Shown: positions 12,736 to 24,330 of the stretch, in pieces
Position numbering within the stretch: position 1 is the stretch's first letter
Layout: each line of letters opens with the position of its first letter
Assembly: GCA_964019335.1 (NCBI GenBank)
Contig: OZ025688.1
Coordinates: forward strand, 496,001 to 560,000
DNA length: 64,000 nt
Direction: 5' to 3'
DNA from: Diplonema japonicum
Lineage: Eukaryota; Protista; Euglenozoa: Diplonemea
Translations under genes and position numbers: made by a program
The notes under the pieces: model-generated
Database searches by the model: none
What the model saw: the letters and a program-made list of their open reading frames with translations, nothing else
What the model was told of the DNA's origin: nothing

Positions 12736-13605
12736 ATGGAAGACAGACAGAACACAATGGATAACCTGCTCTTGGATTTGAAGAATATGTGCGAAGACGA
12801 AGGAGTAGAGTACGAGGCAAAGAAGGAAGAGTTGATGGAGGAAGAAAAGGCGGTGATAAGGGAAGTGGCGGAGCTGGTGTGTCAGAGTGCGATGAAGTAC
12901 TCACTCCCGAGGCAGGTGGTGGAGGCAGCTATGCTAGATGAGGTAATGGCGAAAGGTTTCCCGAGTGGATCAGTCCCGCTAGAGGTCATGGGACATGGGA
13001 ACCAAGAGTACGCAGCAGCTGCCGACCGTATCGAAGCAGCAAAGAAGGAGCCTTTTCGACACGCACGCCTCTCTGTGACCCTCCCGGCCATTCTCCGATC
13101 GTTCCCCAGCCCTGCCAAGACAAACACTGTGAGGCTCTCCATGTACTATATCAAAACAGCGCAACGGCATTGCCAAAGCTCATCTCTCATTTTGGTACTT
13201 AAAGCGCTCGACGACCTTCCCGCTCCTCTATGTACCATCCCCCCTATTTACATATTGCAGGTCCTTGACTATTTCTTAAAGCTCACCCCCCCACATGGTA
13301 TGCCCTTTTCATGACACAGCTGAACAGGCGAAACCTACGACGTGCAACACGAGGAGCTTATCATCAGAATCGCCGACAACGTCATAGCAGCGAACGCCTC
13401 GTTGCCAGCTGCGATAAAAGCCGCCGCTGCACAATTGTATGATTTTTTTATATAAAGGAGAAAACCCAACGTTTATAGGACCGCTGAAATCCTTTACAGC
13501 TGGCTGCAGTGCGGGTACCTCCGTCACGTCATGGAACAGGTGTCCGTGAGCACAGAGCTGAAGGGGCTGCTTGTCGGCAAGGTGGACGCACTGTCGGAAT
13601 TGTAA
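12736..13605 (+). CDS. Hypothetical helical protein; exons 12736-13297, 13328-13436, 13479-13605
   Basis: Two GTATG...AG introns (30 and 42 nt) extend the ORF to TAA 13603-13605 through continuous coding-like sequence. Confidence 0.65.
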
Positions 13606-13673
13606 CATCTTTATTTATGCTTCAGAGAGCCTGTTGTAATATGTAAAAATACAGGGACCACTCTTTGTATCTG

Positions 13674-14432
13674 ATGGAGTGTCCTGTATGTTACGAGGCG
13701 TTCGGTCTGCACGGTGCGATGGTGCCGTACAGGCTGCGGTGCGGCCACGCACTGTGCATGGCAGACGTGAAAGGGATCGTTGCTGTGTCGGGGTGTGTGT
13801 TCCCATGCCCCATGTGCCGTACACGGTGCTCTGAAGATGAGCTTGTCATCGCCGATGACATGCTACAGGTTATCAACGACATGGAGGGGGATAAGGCTTG
13901 CACTGCATGCAAGAAGTTCTACGGGCATGCAGGCGGACAGTGTTCGAGATGCTCCGCTGGGTTGGACGAAAAGGAGGCAGTACTGAAGGACGCAGAAGAC
14001 AGAGAAGCCCTGCCAGACCTGGACAGGGTGCGGGGCAGAGACGGCTTCCTCAACCCGAAGAAGGAGAAAATGTTTGAAAAGATCCTTGCTACCCGACCTG
14101 GGATCGAAGACTTTGTGCAAGCCTTAACAAACTTGGAAGTGTCAACAATGATGGCAGAACAGGCAAAACACATCCTCAATACAGTGGCGACATGGTCGCC
14201 CCCACGTTATCTCTTGGTCAAATATCATCATGCCACTCTCTATAAGGTTCTCGACACCTGGAACCTCTCAGCGGACGAAGACGTAACTTGTGACTACGCA
14301 ACATACCGCCCTTCCCCCACGTCTTGTAAGTTCCTTGACACAGTAGCGGCACGTTGCAGAAAAAACCCCACTACTTGGGTTCCTATTGAGCCGCCTGTTG
14401 AAGTCCGCAAGTTTTGGGGTAAACCATCATAG
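13674..14432 (+). CDS. RING finger protein with A20-like zinc finger (putative E3 ligase)
   Basis: CPVC...CGHALC...CPMC RING (one ligand position is Asp); CTACKKFYGHAGGQCSRC resembles zf-A20. Confidence 0.8.
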   Translation: MECPVCYEAFGLHGAMVPYRLRCGHALCMADVKGIVAVSGCVFPCPMCRTRCSEDELVIADDMLQVINDMEGDKACTACKKFYGHAGGQCSRCSAGLDEKEAVLKDAEDREALPDLDRVRGRDGFLNPKKEKMFEKILATRPGIEDFVQALTNLEVSTMMAEQAKHILNTVATWSPPRYLLVKYHHATLYKVLDTWNLSADEDVTCDYATYRPSPTSCKFLDTVAARCRKNPTTWVPIEPPVEVRKFWGKPS

Positions 14433-14545
14433 CCAGCCAGGTACTTTTGTTAGGTGGTGCATCAAAAAAGAAAAAGAAGAAAATAATGGATTGAGTTTAC
14501 TTCTTCTTGTTTTTAGCAATTCCACTGTCGAAAATGAAAACTAGT

Positions 14546-14755
14546 TGTTGGTAAGGGAGCGACGGAAGAAAACTCTGACCAACACCATTTCTCTGTTCAG
14601 GAGAGGTGTAACCCACCAGCTGAGCCACCGGTTACTTCCCACCCGAGGGTTGCCCTATGCCGTACAAACCAATATGGGTATTCAACTCAGCCTTTAATGC
14701 TGTTCCTATGTTAACTCACAGAAGACAAGGAGGATACCCGGGCATAGTTGTGGGA
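14546..14755. other. Intergenic island with nested helices and a possible loop-loop pseudoknot (candidate structured RNA)
   Basis: TGTTGGT/ACCAACA, GTAACC/GGTTAC, TCCCAC/GTGGGA, CTATGCC/GGCATAG, GGGTATTC/GGATACCC; loop GCTGAG (14619-24) is complementary to CTCAGC (14686-91). Confidence 0.4.
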
Positions 14756-14861
14756 CGGGATGATTCGATTTAGCGTTCTTTCTAAAATGTAACGACCTAT
14801 CCCCATTCCCATTCTTGTTTTTCTTCTTCCGCGATGCCTAGTAAGCCCTTCAGGATAAAAA

Positions 14862-17047
14862 ATGCACGTCTCGTGTAGGAACAGGGGGATTGTCGAGCTT
14901 GACCTTCAGAGCGTGTTTGCAAATGACCAGGAGCGTGGGGCGTTGGCTGTGGTGAAGAGCTTGGACTTGAGTCACAATGAGTTGAGTCAGCTGGGAGGCC
15001 TCCAACCGTTTAGCTCACTAGTGGCTCTGGACTTGAGTTACAACAAACTCATGTCCCTCCACGGCCTGCCATTAGGCCTCGTGAGGCTCAATGTTTCGAA
15101 CAACCAGCTCAGCAGCATCGAAGGCCTTGCGACGCTTCCCCTGCTGCAAGACTTGGACGTGTCTAATAACAAGCTGACGAACGTTAACGGGATCCAGCGC
15201 AGCTCGCCCCTCACCAGCCTCAAGCTAGGCAACAACAGACTGTCATCGGGGAAGGGCATCGAAGGACTGCAGCACCTTCAAACCCTCGAGCTCCACGGGA
15301 ACTACATCAACGGGGTAGAGGACCTCACGATGCTCAGCACCAACAGGAAGCTCAAAAACCTGACCATCAACAACAACCCTTTGACGCAGGTCGCTACGTA
15401 CAGAAGTGGGTTCACCAAGATGCTGGGTGCCCTGCTCACCCTTGATGGATCGGCCGTGCAGCGTGTTGAGGGCGACATGGCGAATAGCTCTTTTAACACA
15501 AGCATGACGCCCAGCAGGAGGGGGTCGGGCGACCTTGGCGGTGCGAAGCCTCTCGCGTCGGTAGCGTCACTGGGCAGCGCTAGGGGCCACACACGACCTG
15601 CCTCGCCTTCTAGTAACGCCAACCGCTCCCGCTCCTCGACACCTGTGAGGTACGCATCCTCGGGTCAAAGGCCACACACCCCAACCAACATCCCAAGCAA
15701 CGCTTCCATGCACAGCAGGGCCCGCACACCTACTACTATGATGAACAGCACCATGGAAGGCGCCCCCAGCTCGAGGACACCTGCCAAACCAGGCACTCCA
15801 CGAGGACAAACCCCTGCAGGGGCCACTTTGAATCAGTCAGCGATTGTGAACCAATCTGCTGTCACAAATACTCCACAACGCGCACCCCTTAACTCCTCAC
15901 TAGCCTTCGATTCTGTCAAGCAACGTGCTGACTCCCGACGCACTGAGCTCAACAGTTCGAAGAAACAACTCGAGCTGAATGTTGGCGAGCTCCAAGCGCT
16001 GCTGGAGGAGGAGTACCAGCTTACAAGCGGTTTGCAAAAACAAAAAAAGAAACTAGAGGCCGAGCTGAGCGAAACGAAGAAAGTGCTTAGTGAGGAGCTG
16101 CAAAAGATAACAAGCATGGCAGAGGATAACCAGGAGCTGAGGGCGCAATGCGAGGAAATGCAGGCACTGAACGTCAAGTGTCTGAAGATACATAAGCACT
16201 CAGAGCTGAAACTGAAAGAGGAAAGGGCGCGGAGAATAGGCGATATGGACAAGCTGAAGTCGTCACATAACGTGGTGGTGGAGGGGCTGAGGCACAAGAT
16301 GCAAGACGGGGCAGAGTCGCTGAAACAAAGCGAAGAGACTTATAACTTATGGGTTCAGGAGAAGACGAAGCTGCACGAATATATTCAAATACTGGAAAAG
16401 GAGAACTCCAGCCTTGCTGTGAAGCTGAGCAAGTACGAGAACGCGGCAGCCGACGCGCAGCACATGGCGGCGAATGAGTTTTCGGGGATGGCGTTGTCAC
16501 CGGTGAAGAAGTCGCCAGCGACACCCAAACATGAACATGAACATGAACGGGATGATGCAATTGACATAACAGAAAGCAGTCAGCTGCAGGAGAGGGAGTT
16601 GAGCAAGTTGGAGGTACAAGTACAAGAGGCCCCTACAGGGATGAGTGACGCAAGGCGGCTGATCGAAATGTCCAGAAATATGAATGCAAACAGGGGATCG
16701 CGACCAGCATCTGTCGCATCAGCTACAACACCTAAAGCGGGAGCCAACGATATCCAGTGGGCAGGCCCTCCTTCTGATGTCGGCTCCACTGTGTCAGAAA
16801 CAGCAAACATCCAATTTGCGATCCATATGAAAAAATTGATTATCGACGAACTGGGTAAGAAACCAACGCCCACAAGGCAACATCCCACCAACCCTCCCTT
16901 GAGGCAGGCCCAGCCAGAAGGCTCCATCCCCACTGTCGAAGAATTATGGTATTGTTTTTTTTTTCTTCTTCCCTTCATAACTTTCTTGTACGCTACAGGT
17001 CCCGAGGGAACTCAATACTGTATAACCAGAGAAGCGCAATGCATTAA
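14862..17047 (+). CDS. Leucine-rich repeat plus coiled-coil protein (centriole/cilium-type architecture); probable exons 14862-16948, 16999-17047
   Basis: About 7 SDS22-like LRRs (LDLSHNEL, LDLSYNKL, LNVSNNQL...) with LRR cap NPL...YR...LTLDG, a Ser/Pro linker and a long coiled coil; 50-nt intron near the 3' end. Confidence 0.8.
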
Positions 17048-17479
17048 TGAGGTTTATCTCCCCCTTTTTTTTAGATAGATATGTCCCATTGTCTTCCCTC
17101 CCCCTTGTTACCCGTTCCTGAAACCCCAGTGTACTCATTATCACCCTCTATTGCAATTGTACCATCATATAACACGGTCGCAACAGCCGATTTGTTTTAG
17201 TAAGGCTACGGTCCATACCTTCCCTTCGACAAGGGCCGTCTGCAGTCTCACAAGGAGTTTGCATTGTGACATCGATCCCCCCCCCCTCCTATTTTCCTCC
17301 TTCTTTTCCTTCTCAAAGAAGAAAGAAAAACGGCAAAGGGAAAAAAAAAAAGGGTAGGGACCGGGTTTTCCTAATTTTTAACACCCCCCTCTTTTTCTTT
17401 TGTTTTGTGCTTCCCCCTTTTTTTTTGTTCTAAACACCAGACCCTTCCACAGCCCCTTTTTTCTCACTTTTTTTTTTGT

Positions 17480-17588
17480 AAGAATGAGTCTGTGACTTGT
17501 CTAAACAAAAGGGGAACGTTAGCAACGTGTTTTCGGGTTTACAAACTTCTCCAGGTTTTACCCGGCACGTACAACAACGGCCAGTTCC
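17480..17588. repeat. Dispersed repeat family B, copy 2
   Basis: Near-identical to 2199-2308. Confidence 0.9.
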
Positions 17589-17700
17589 TCTTCTTTTTTT
17601 TTGTATTTTTTTTGTTTTGTTTTGTGTTTTGTTTTTGAAAACTTTATCGCGGGTCCAACTTTTGCCAGACGAGCGAGAGAAAAAGAAACGGGGCAACAAG

Positions 17701-20331
17701 ATGGGGGAGAAGGTTCTAACCGCCCTGACGAAGATGAAGGCAAAGGCGAAGTTTAAACCACGAAAGGTGAAGGAAAAAGAAAAGGAGAAAGAGAAGGAAA
17801 AGGAGAAGGAGAAGGAAACAAAAGACGAGGGGAACGAAGTTATATTGAAGATCGGGGAACATTCACAGCTTCTAACACCCAGAAGCGATCGAATGCCGGG
17901 ATCAAGAAGGAGCACCAGTTCCATCAAACATGACATCGACTACGCCCACGTCATGCATTTGGAAGAGAAGGTAGCAAACATGCAGCATGAGCTAACCGAG
18001 AAGATCCTTCAGATACAGCAAGACAAAAAGCTCCTACTGCACAAGGACAACTGTCTCGCAGCAGTACGCACCAAACACCACGTGGAAAACAGCAAACTTA
18101 AGACACGTGTCGCCGACCAAGCCCAACGATATGACCAGGCCTTGGGCGAAGTGCAAAAGCTCACAAGAAACCTGCATCTCCGTGAGAAGGAGGTGGAAAC
18201 CTTCGAAGAAACGGTAGGCTTCAAAGTCCGAACAGAGGTTGTCAAGATCATCCGCCGCCTTCGAGAGGCCTCGAGAGGGCACAGCAGCAACAGAGGTGTC
18301 TTCGAGGAGCTGAACAAACTGGAGGCAAATGAAATCCATGAGCTCTCAAAGCAAGAGCTTCCAGAAGAGTCTAGTTCACAGTCCGCCGAATTGGAAATCT
18401 TCCGTCTATCGCGAGTCGTTGCTGAAAAAGCTGACGAAGTGACAGACCTCACCACTAAACTTTCAATATCGGAGGGGCGCAACAGTGCCCTAATGGAACG
18501 TGTGGAAGACCTGATTAAGGAGGCAGCTGCGTCTGTGCCTTTAGCAGATGTCCTCAGTATCCGCAGCCAGATCAGTAGCCTCGTGCACGAAAAAGAAGTT
18601 GTGCTAACTACCGTACATGAGATGTTGTCCGAGGGTGTGCTCTGCGACATGGAAACTGTGCTGATAGATAAAATAGAGGAGCGAGAAGCCCCTCTTATAG
18701 AAGCTTTGCGTAAGGCAGAGGAGGTGGCAAACAAAGCAGAACTCAAACTGTTCAACATAGAGAAGCGGCTCGAGAAGTACAGGGCAGTACCAGGAAACAT
18801 CGGCTCCATCAACAATGCACTGGGCGAAGAATTCGAGGTAAACGTGGATCCCGACTTCGCAGGTGAGGCTGAAGACGTAGCTTTGGAGCTGCTTCCTATG
18901 TTCCCGCGTGCTGTGGCGCATCTGGTGCAGATGATAATCAGACTAAAAGGAGAGATTCAGAAGCTGCAAGGTGAAAATGAAGAGCTGAAGACAGAAGTGA
19001 CGAACAAGGTGGAGGAAGTGGCTGATGCACGGAAGGAGCTGGAGTACGAGAAGAAACGAAATGCCGAACGTATCAAACAGTACGCAGTGCTGAAAGTGGC
19101 CAACGACGCGCTGAGGGGCGAGGTCAGCAGGTACAAGAGCGAGGTGTCTGCACTGTCGGAAGAGCTGCGCACCAGTCACGACATGATGTCGCAGCTAGAA
19201 GAGCGGATCTTGAGTATCTCAGCAGAGCTGGAAGATGAGATCAGCAACCTCAAGAACACTGTCAAGCAGAAAGAAGATTACATCATAGAGTTACGGAAGC
19301 AGAAGGTGGCGGCACTAATGTCGCTGGCACAGACTGAGCAGAAGTACCTTGAGTACAGGAAGCAGGCGGACAATGGAGTTGCTACGCTGCCCATCGATAA
19401 GGAGCTCCACGATGGGTATGTACAGGGCCTTGGCATTCAGCTTGAGAAGCTGGAAGAGTACCTGTCGAGAAACCCCCTGTGCTGCAAATCGATAACCACA
19501 TTGCCCGCAATGCTCACATCGGCAGTTTTGTCCATTGTAAGGATAGGTGAAAAGGCAGGTGTAACACTGCCTGGCGGCTTCGTGAAGCAGAGGACGCGAA
19601 TGGTGCAGTGTGAGATCATCCTTGCCATCAACTCGAACGAAGTAGCTAATGTGGTGCTGACACTGGTAGCGGCGATAGGGATGGTGATGGCTTCAGACCC
19701 GTACATCACCTTCAGGTGGAAGCAGCGGTACGAGGAGCTGCGAGGCGTGAACAAGATGGAGCTGGAGAAGGTGGCAAGGTTGCTGCAGGTGGAGTACAGC
19801 AGTGCAGTGGCTGCGGACAACGCATCGCTGACGATGACATCCTTGGCGAAAATGAAGAATCTGGACAACCTCATGCGGCTTAATTACATGGACCTTGAAG
19901 AAAACATAGAGCGGGAGCAGGTCAACAAAAAAAGGCGGGGCCTTGCGTACCGCCTCAGCACGCCACCTACGCTCATCACCACTAGCAGCACCTCGGGCTC
20001 CATCCCAAACGCCAAATGCGGCATGCCTCTACCAACATCAGTTCGTCCTGTAAAAAGGTTTGTACCCATGAAGCGAGACCAGAAGTACCTCGTCCCGCAG
20101 GTCGACTCCGTCATCCCCCCCGTCACCTCATCAGGCCCCACAAGGGTGCCATCCCCCATCACCCTGGCCAGCACAGCCACTACGCCTTTTATAGACAACG
20201 ACCCCCCCTCCCCTTTCCCCGCGGCAGCCCAACGACACATCTTCAAAATGAGACCGCATACCAACATCCCCTTGGAAGGAACCCCCCTCCCCTTGGTCAG
20301 CAAGCACGACTGCGTCACTGTGCGCATCTAG
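17701..20331 (+). CDS. Large coiled-coil protein, unknown function
   Basis: Heptad-rich E/K/L composition and Pro-rich tail. The ORF-finder start at 17497 lies inside repeat B, so ATG 17701 is preferred. Confidence 0.75.
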   Translation: MGEKVLTALTKMKAKAKFKPRKVKEKEKEKEKEKEKEKETKDEGNEVILKIGEHSQLLTPRSDRMPGSRRSTSSIKHDIDYAHVMHLEEKVANMQHELTEKILQIQQDKKLLLHKDNCLAAVRTKHHVENSKLKTRVADQAQRYDQALGEVQKLTRNLHLREKEVETFEETVGFKVRTEVVKIIRRLREASRGHSSNRGVFEELNKLEANEIHELSKQELPEESSSQSAELEIFRLSRVVAEKADEVTDLTTKLSISEGRNSALMERVEDLIKEAAASVPLADVLSIRSQISSLVHEKEVVLTTVHEMLSEGVLCDMETVLIDKIEEREAPLIEALRKAEEVANKAELKLFNIEKRLEKYRAVPGNIGSINNALGEEFEVNVDPDFAGEAEDVALELLPMFPRAVAHLVQMIIRLKGEIQKLQGENEELKTEVTNKVEEVADARKELEYEKKRNAERIKQYAVLKVANDALRGEVSRYKSEVSALSEELRTSHDMMSQLEERILSISAELEDEISNLKNTVKQKEDYIIELRKQKVAALMSLAQTEQKYLEYRKQADNGVATLPIDKELHDGYVQGLGIQLEKLEEYLSRNPLCCKSITTLPAMLTSAVLSIVRIGEKAGVTLPGGFVKQRTRMVQCEIILAINSNEVANVVLTLVAAIGMVMASDPYITFRWKQRYEELRGVNKMELEKVARLLQVEYSSAVAADNASLTMTSLAKMKNLDNLMRLNYMDLEENIEREQVNKKRRGLAYRLSTPPTLITTSSTSGSIPNAKCGMPLPTSVRPVKRFVPMKRDQKYLVPQVDSVIPPVTSSGPTRVPSPITLASTATTPFIDNDPPSPFPAAAQRHIFKMRPHTNIPLEGTPLPLVSKHDCVTVRI

Positions 20332-20422
20332 TTGCCATTTCTATCGCAACATACCTCAGTTTTGTTTCAGGTTTTGTTTTTAAGGGTCTGTAGTTTTATA
20401 TCACAGGAAAGGGGCAGGCACC

Positions 20423-22889
20423 ATGGGGAGCTGTTGCTCGGGTGGGAACAATGAAGGGTTGAGCCCTGACGAGCAGGACCGGAACCTGGAAGTGGGCGAG
20501 CTGGTGAGGATGCAGCAAGGGGGTGACGACGGGCAGACAAGTTCGCTGCAGCTGATATTGAAGTGCAGGAATTTGAGACCGCTACCTCAATTTAGAGGGA
20601 TAGGAAAGTTTGGTGGAGGGGTACCCACTCACCTGCTGACTAGTATAAACCCGTACGTCGTGGTGCACGAGGTGGATGAAGACGGGAAGAAGAAGGGAGA
20701 GCTGGGAAAAACAGAAGTGAAATACAGGGACCACAACCCGCAGTTCGTGCGCACGGTGACCACGATGTATGAATTCAACGCGATGTCAAAGCAGCTCCGC
20801 TTCGACTTGGTGCACGACACCGGGCTGCATGGGCAACTGATAGGGACCTGTACCACCACTCTGAAAGATATCATCAACACCGAAGGAGAAGGGAGGAACT
20901 CCTGCCACCTCACCTTCATGAAAAAAGTTCAGTCCAAAGGCAGACACGGCGAGACAATCGAGATAGACCACGTAGGCGGGGAACTCTTCATCACTTCGGA
21001 AGAAATCTCCAAAAACGAAGGTCCCCAATATGAGGTCGTGATCGAACTTGGTTGCTCTAAGCTTGACTCGAAGAACTACATGGGGCGGGGTTCCTCCGAT
21101 CCGTTTCTCACAATCGGGAGGGTCATCGAAGGACAGTTCCAGCCTGTTGTGAAGACAGAGTACGTGGAGGGCACTCTTGCATGCACCTGGAAGACGATTG
21201 TGATCAAATTAGAGAGGTTGTGCAAAGCAGACTTCAATTCCTGGCTGCTGTTTGAGGTGTGGGACTACGAAAATAGCGGGAAGCACCAGCTCATAGGCTA
21301 CACGCGTCAGACGCTTGCTACACTGCTGTCTGGCGTACACACCTCTTATGACCTCATCAACGACAACTACGCAGGGGGCTCCGTGTTCAAGCTGTTGAAT
21401 GACACAAAGCCCTGGACTCCCTACATGCCCTACACACGCAGCGGCATCTTGCACACAAAATCCATCAGCATCGATGTATCGCACTCTTTCTTGGAGTTCG
21501 TGAAGGCGGGCTTCGACATTAACGTCACAATCTGTGTTGACTTCAGCTCGTCGAATGGAGACGTGAACAGCCCCGAGTCCCTGCACTACCTGCATGAAGG
21601 CGGCGACGAGAACGAGTACGTGGCTGCCCTCAAGGCTGTCATCAAAGTGTTAGGGCAGTACGACAGGGACCAGGAGTTCCCCTTTTACGGGTTCGGAGCA
21701 TGTCCACAAAACGATGAGCATGCGGTGGATGCAAAGGGGAGGCCCGTTCCGCAAAGTATATTTCCCGTGACGGGCGACTGGTACCAGCTGTGCGTGAATG
21801 GGATTGAAGGTGTCATCGATGCCTACTGGTCGTGTCTCAAGCAGGTCACGCTCTGTGAACCGTCGAACTTCGCGACCTTCCTCGAGAAGGTCTTCCGTTC
21901 TGTGTCGTCAAGAAAAGACCTGTACCAGATCGCACTGATCGTAACCGACGGGCAGTGCAGCGACATGCAAGCTACAATCGACATGATCGTCTCCTCGTCC
22001 GAGGAACCCATCTCCATCGTCATCATCGGCGTGGGCGACGGGCCCTTTGAGAAGATGGAAGAGCTCTCCGCAGATGACAAGCCGCTCAGGTCCTCCACAA
22101 AGGAGACTATGAAGCGCGACATCGTCGGCTTCGTGCCATTCAAGAGCTTTAAGAACGACCCGGAGGAGGTATGCATCGCACTGAACGGAAAATATGGAGC
22201 AAGGAAGCTCTTTAAAAAAAAAATCACAGTTTGCAAGGGAGACGCTGAAGGAGGTTCCGAAACAGTTTACAAGTTGGGCAAAGATCCACAAGGTGAAGCC
22301 AGAGGATGCAAAGGTCTGGTTTTGTTTTTCTCAATAACAACCCCCCCCCCCCCCCCCCCCACAGAAAGAAGAGAAGAAGGTTGTGAAAAAGAAAGAGAAG
22401 AAGACCGAGAAAGAAGTCACAAAGTCACCTGTGGAACAGGACCTGGAAGGCATACTGGAAGTCGTGGAGGATGTGGGTTGGGAGAGTTTCAGCGATGATG
22501 AAAGCGGCAGGAAGTACTACTACCATTCCGAAACAAAAGAAAGTCGATGGGAGATGCCTGAGGGATACAAAGGGAGGAGCGCTCTAACAAGTGCGAGCAA
22601 GCAGGAAGTTCGCGTGCGGCCTATTGTCTCGACTTCTCCAGAGACACCTCAGACCGTTACTTATTCTTCCCCCTCGAAGCTGGCGTATACTAGGCTTGGA
22701 AGCCCTTCAGAACGACAGAGCTCCAAAGGGCCAAGTAGTGGTAAGGTGTTGCGTGCAAACCCTGAGGAGTCTAAAATGTTTCATCGGCAACTTCAGAGTG
22801 GGCAATACGTCCCCCCACAGATTAGCCCCCCAGGCATGGGCTCCAGACGTGGGTCGGCTTCTGGGTCAAGAAGACATTCCATGCAGTAG
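20423..22889 (+). CDS. Copine (C2-C2-vWA) with C-terminal WW domain; exons 20423-22168, 22230-22313, 22365-22889
   Basis: MGSCCS acylation motif; C2 motifs SDPFL and EVWDYE; vWA VDFSSSNG...SLHY, IVTDG, ISIVIIGVG, RDIVGFVPF. A spliced exon gives FARETLKEVPKQF; WW GWESFSDDESGRKYYYHSETKESRWEMP. Confidence 0.88.
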
Positions 22890-24330
22890 CCCATCCATGC
22901 ACCTCTCACGGCACAACGATTCGACTAGTCAACTCGGCTCCTTGTCGATAGTAGGTACAAGAACTACACTTTTTTTTTATTTTTTATTTTTTATTTTTTA
23001 TTTTTTATAGAAACATTTTTTTCTTCTTGCAGTTGACATCCTGTACACTATAAATGTCACCTCTGTAAGTTTTCCTTCTTCGTTTTCTTATTCGTGGGGG
23101 GGGGGGGGGGGGGGGGGGGGGTCGGCCGTACGGCCATCAGTTTTTTTTTTTGGACAATCATAAGAAAGGAACCAAGGGGGAAAAAAATAAAGGAAAAGAA
23201 AGAAAAATAAAAGAATTTGCCCCCTTCCCCCCTTTCTGTAATGATTCCTCCATTACGCCTCTTGACATTGTCTTCCCCCCCCCCCCCCCCCCCCCCCCGA
23301 ATAGTTAGGTGCGATTGAAGAGGAGGGGTGAATATGCGAAGCGGCTTCCCCCCTTTCCCCCCCTCCCGTTTGATACACTAAAAGGGTAGATTAGAGCACA
23401 CGGGAGTTCTTTTTTTTTCTTTCTTTTTAAGGGTGGCCCTCCATGAGGGGGTTTTGTCCTGCACTTTGCGTTTTTTTTCTTTCTTCTTTTTTCCTCCTCT
23501 TCTCTCTTTTAATTTACAGAAGCCCTGCCCGGCATGGTAGTAACAAAAGGAGACAAATTTTTCAATTTATATTATTTTCCTACTAATTCCGGTCAGAAAC
23601 TATTAAAAGTCGACAAAAAGAAAAAGAGCAAAGGTAGTATTGGGGTTTACCTACCCTGGGAGCTATCTGATTTGCACAAACTACAAAACACCCGACTTTT
23701 TTTTTTTCAATGTCGATGGCTACACAACCAAAAAAGGATGGAGAGAGGGGGCCCTGTTTTGTTTTCTTTCTTTTTTATCTTGGAAGAAAGTACTTCTATA
23801 AAAGAAAAAAGAAAAGAAGCTTCTTTGTTTGTCTATTCTCTCTTTTTTTTTTTTTTTCCCTTCCCGTTCCCCCCTGTTTCAAGCCGTTTCTGTTCTGTTG
23901 TATACTGTTTTTCTTTTTGTTTTCGTTTGTTTTCTTGGGTGGGAGGTCCAAGGAGATTTGATATTCTAATTGCGAAGCAAACCAGCAAAAAAAAAAAAAA
24001 GAAAAAGAAGGAATGTTATTGAGCTTTTTTTCTTACCGACTCCACGTTTTTTCTTCTTTTTTTTTTTTTGTGATCGGTGGAGTGTGTTACCTTTTTTTTT
24101 TTTCCTTTTTGTGTGTTGTCCTCCATCTTCTTTCAATATTCCTCTCCCCACCCCCCACATCCCGTCTCCTCATCCGTTGTGTTGAGCCAATAAAATTTGA
24201 AAAAAAAAAAGAATGGAAAAAAGAAAAGCCACCAATAAATAAAAAGAATATGGTGTAAGTTATGTGGGTTATTTTTTTGATTCAAGCAATAAAATCATGT
24301 TTTCGTCTAACCTTACTACAGGCTCTACAA

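Noticed and set aside
17497-17700. N-terminal extension of the 944-aa ORF, and ORF 2084-2584 sharing the same peptide
   Set aside because: The shared peptide is translated repeat B plus T-tracts.
18009-18815. Long minus-strand ORFs (also 62667-63407, 50415-51008, 49780-50364)
   Set aside because: Antisense shadows of well-supported + strand genes, with no motifs of their own.
23095-23298. Long G run and C run as a functional hairpin or G-quadruplex
   Set aside because: Homopolymer runs are ubiquitous in this window and their lengths are error-prone; no specific support.
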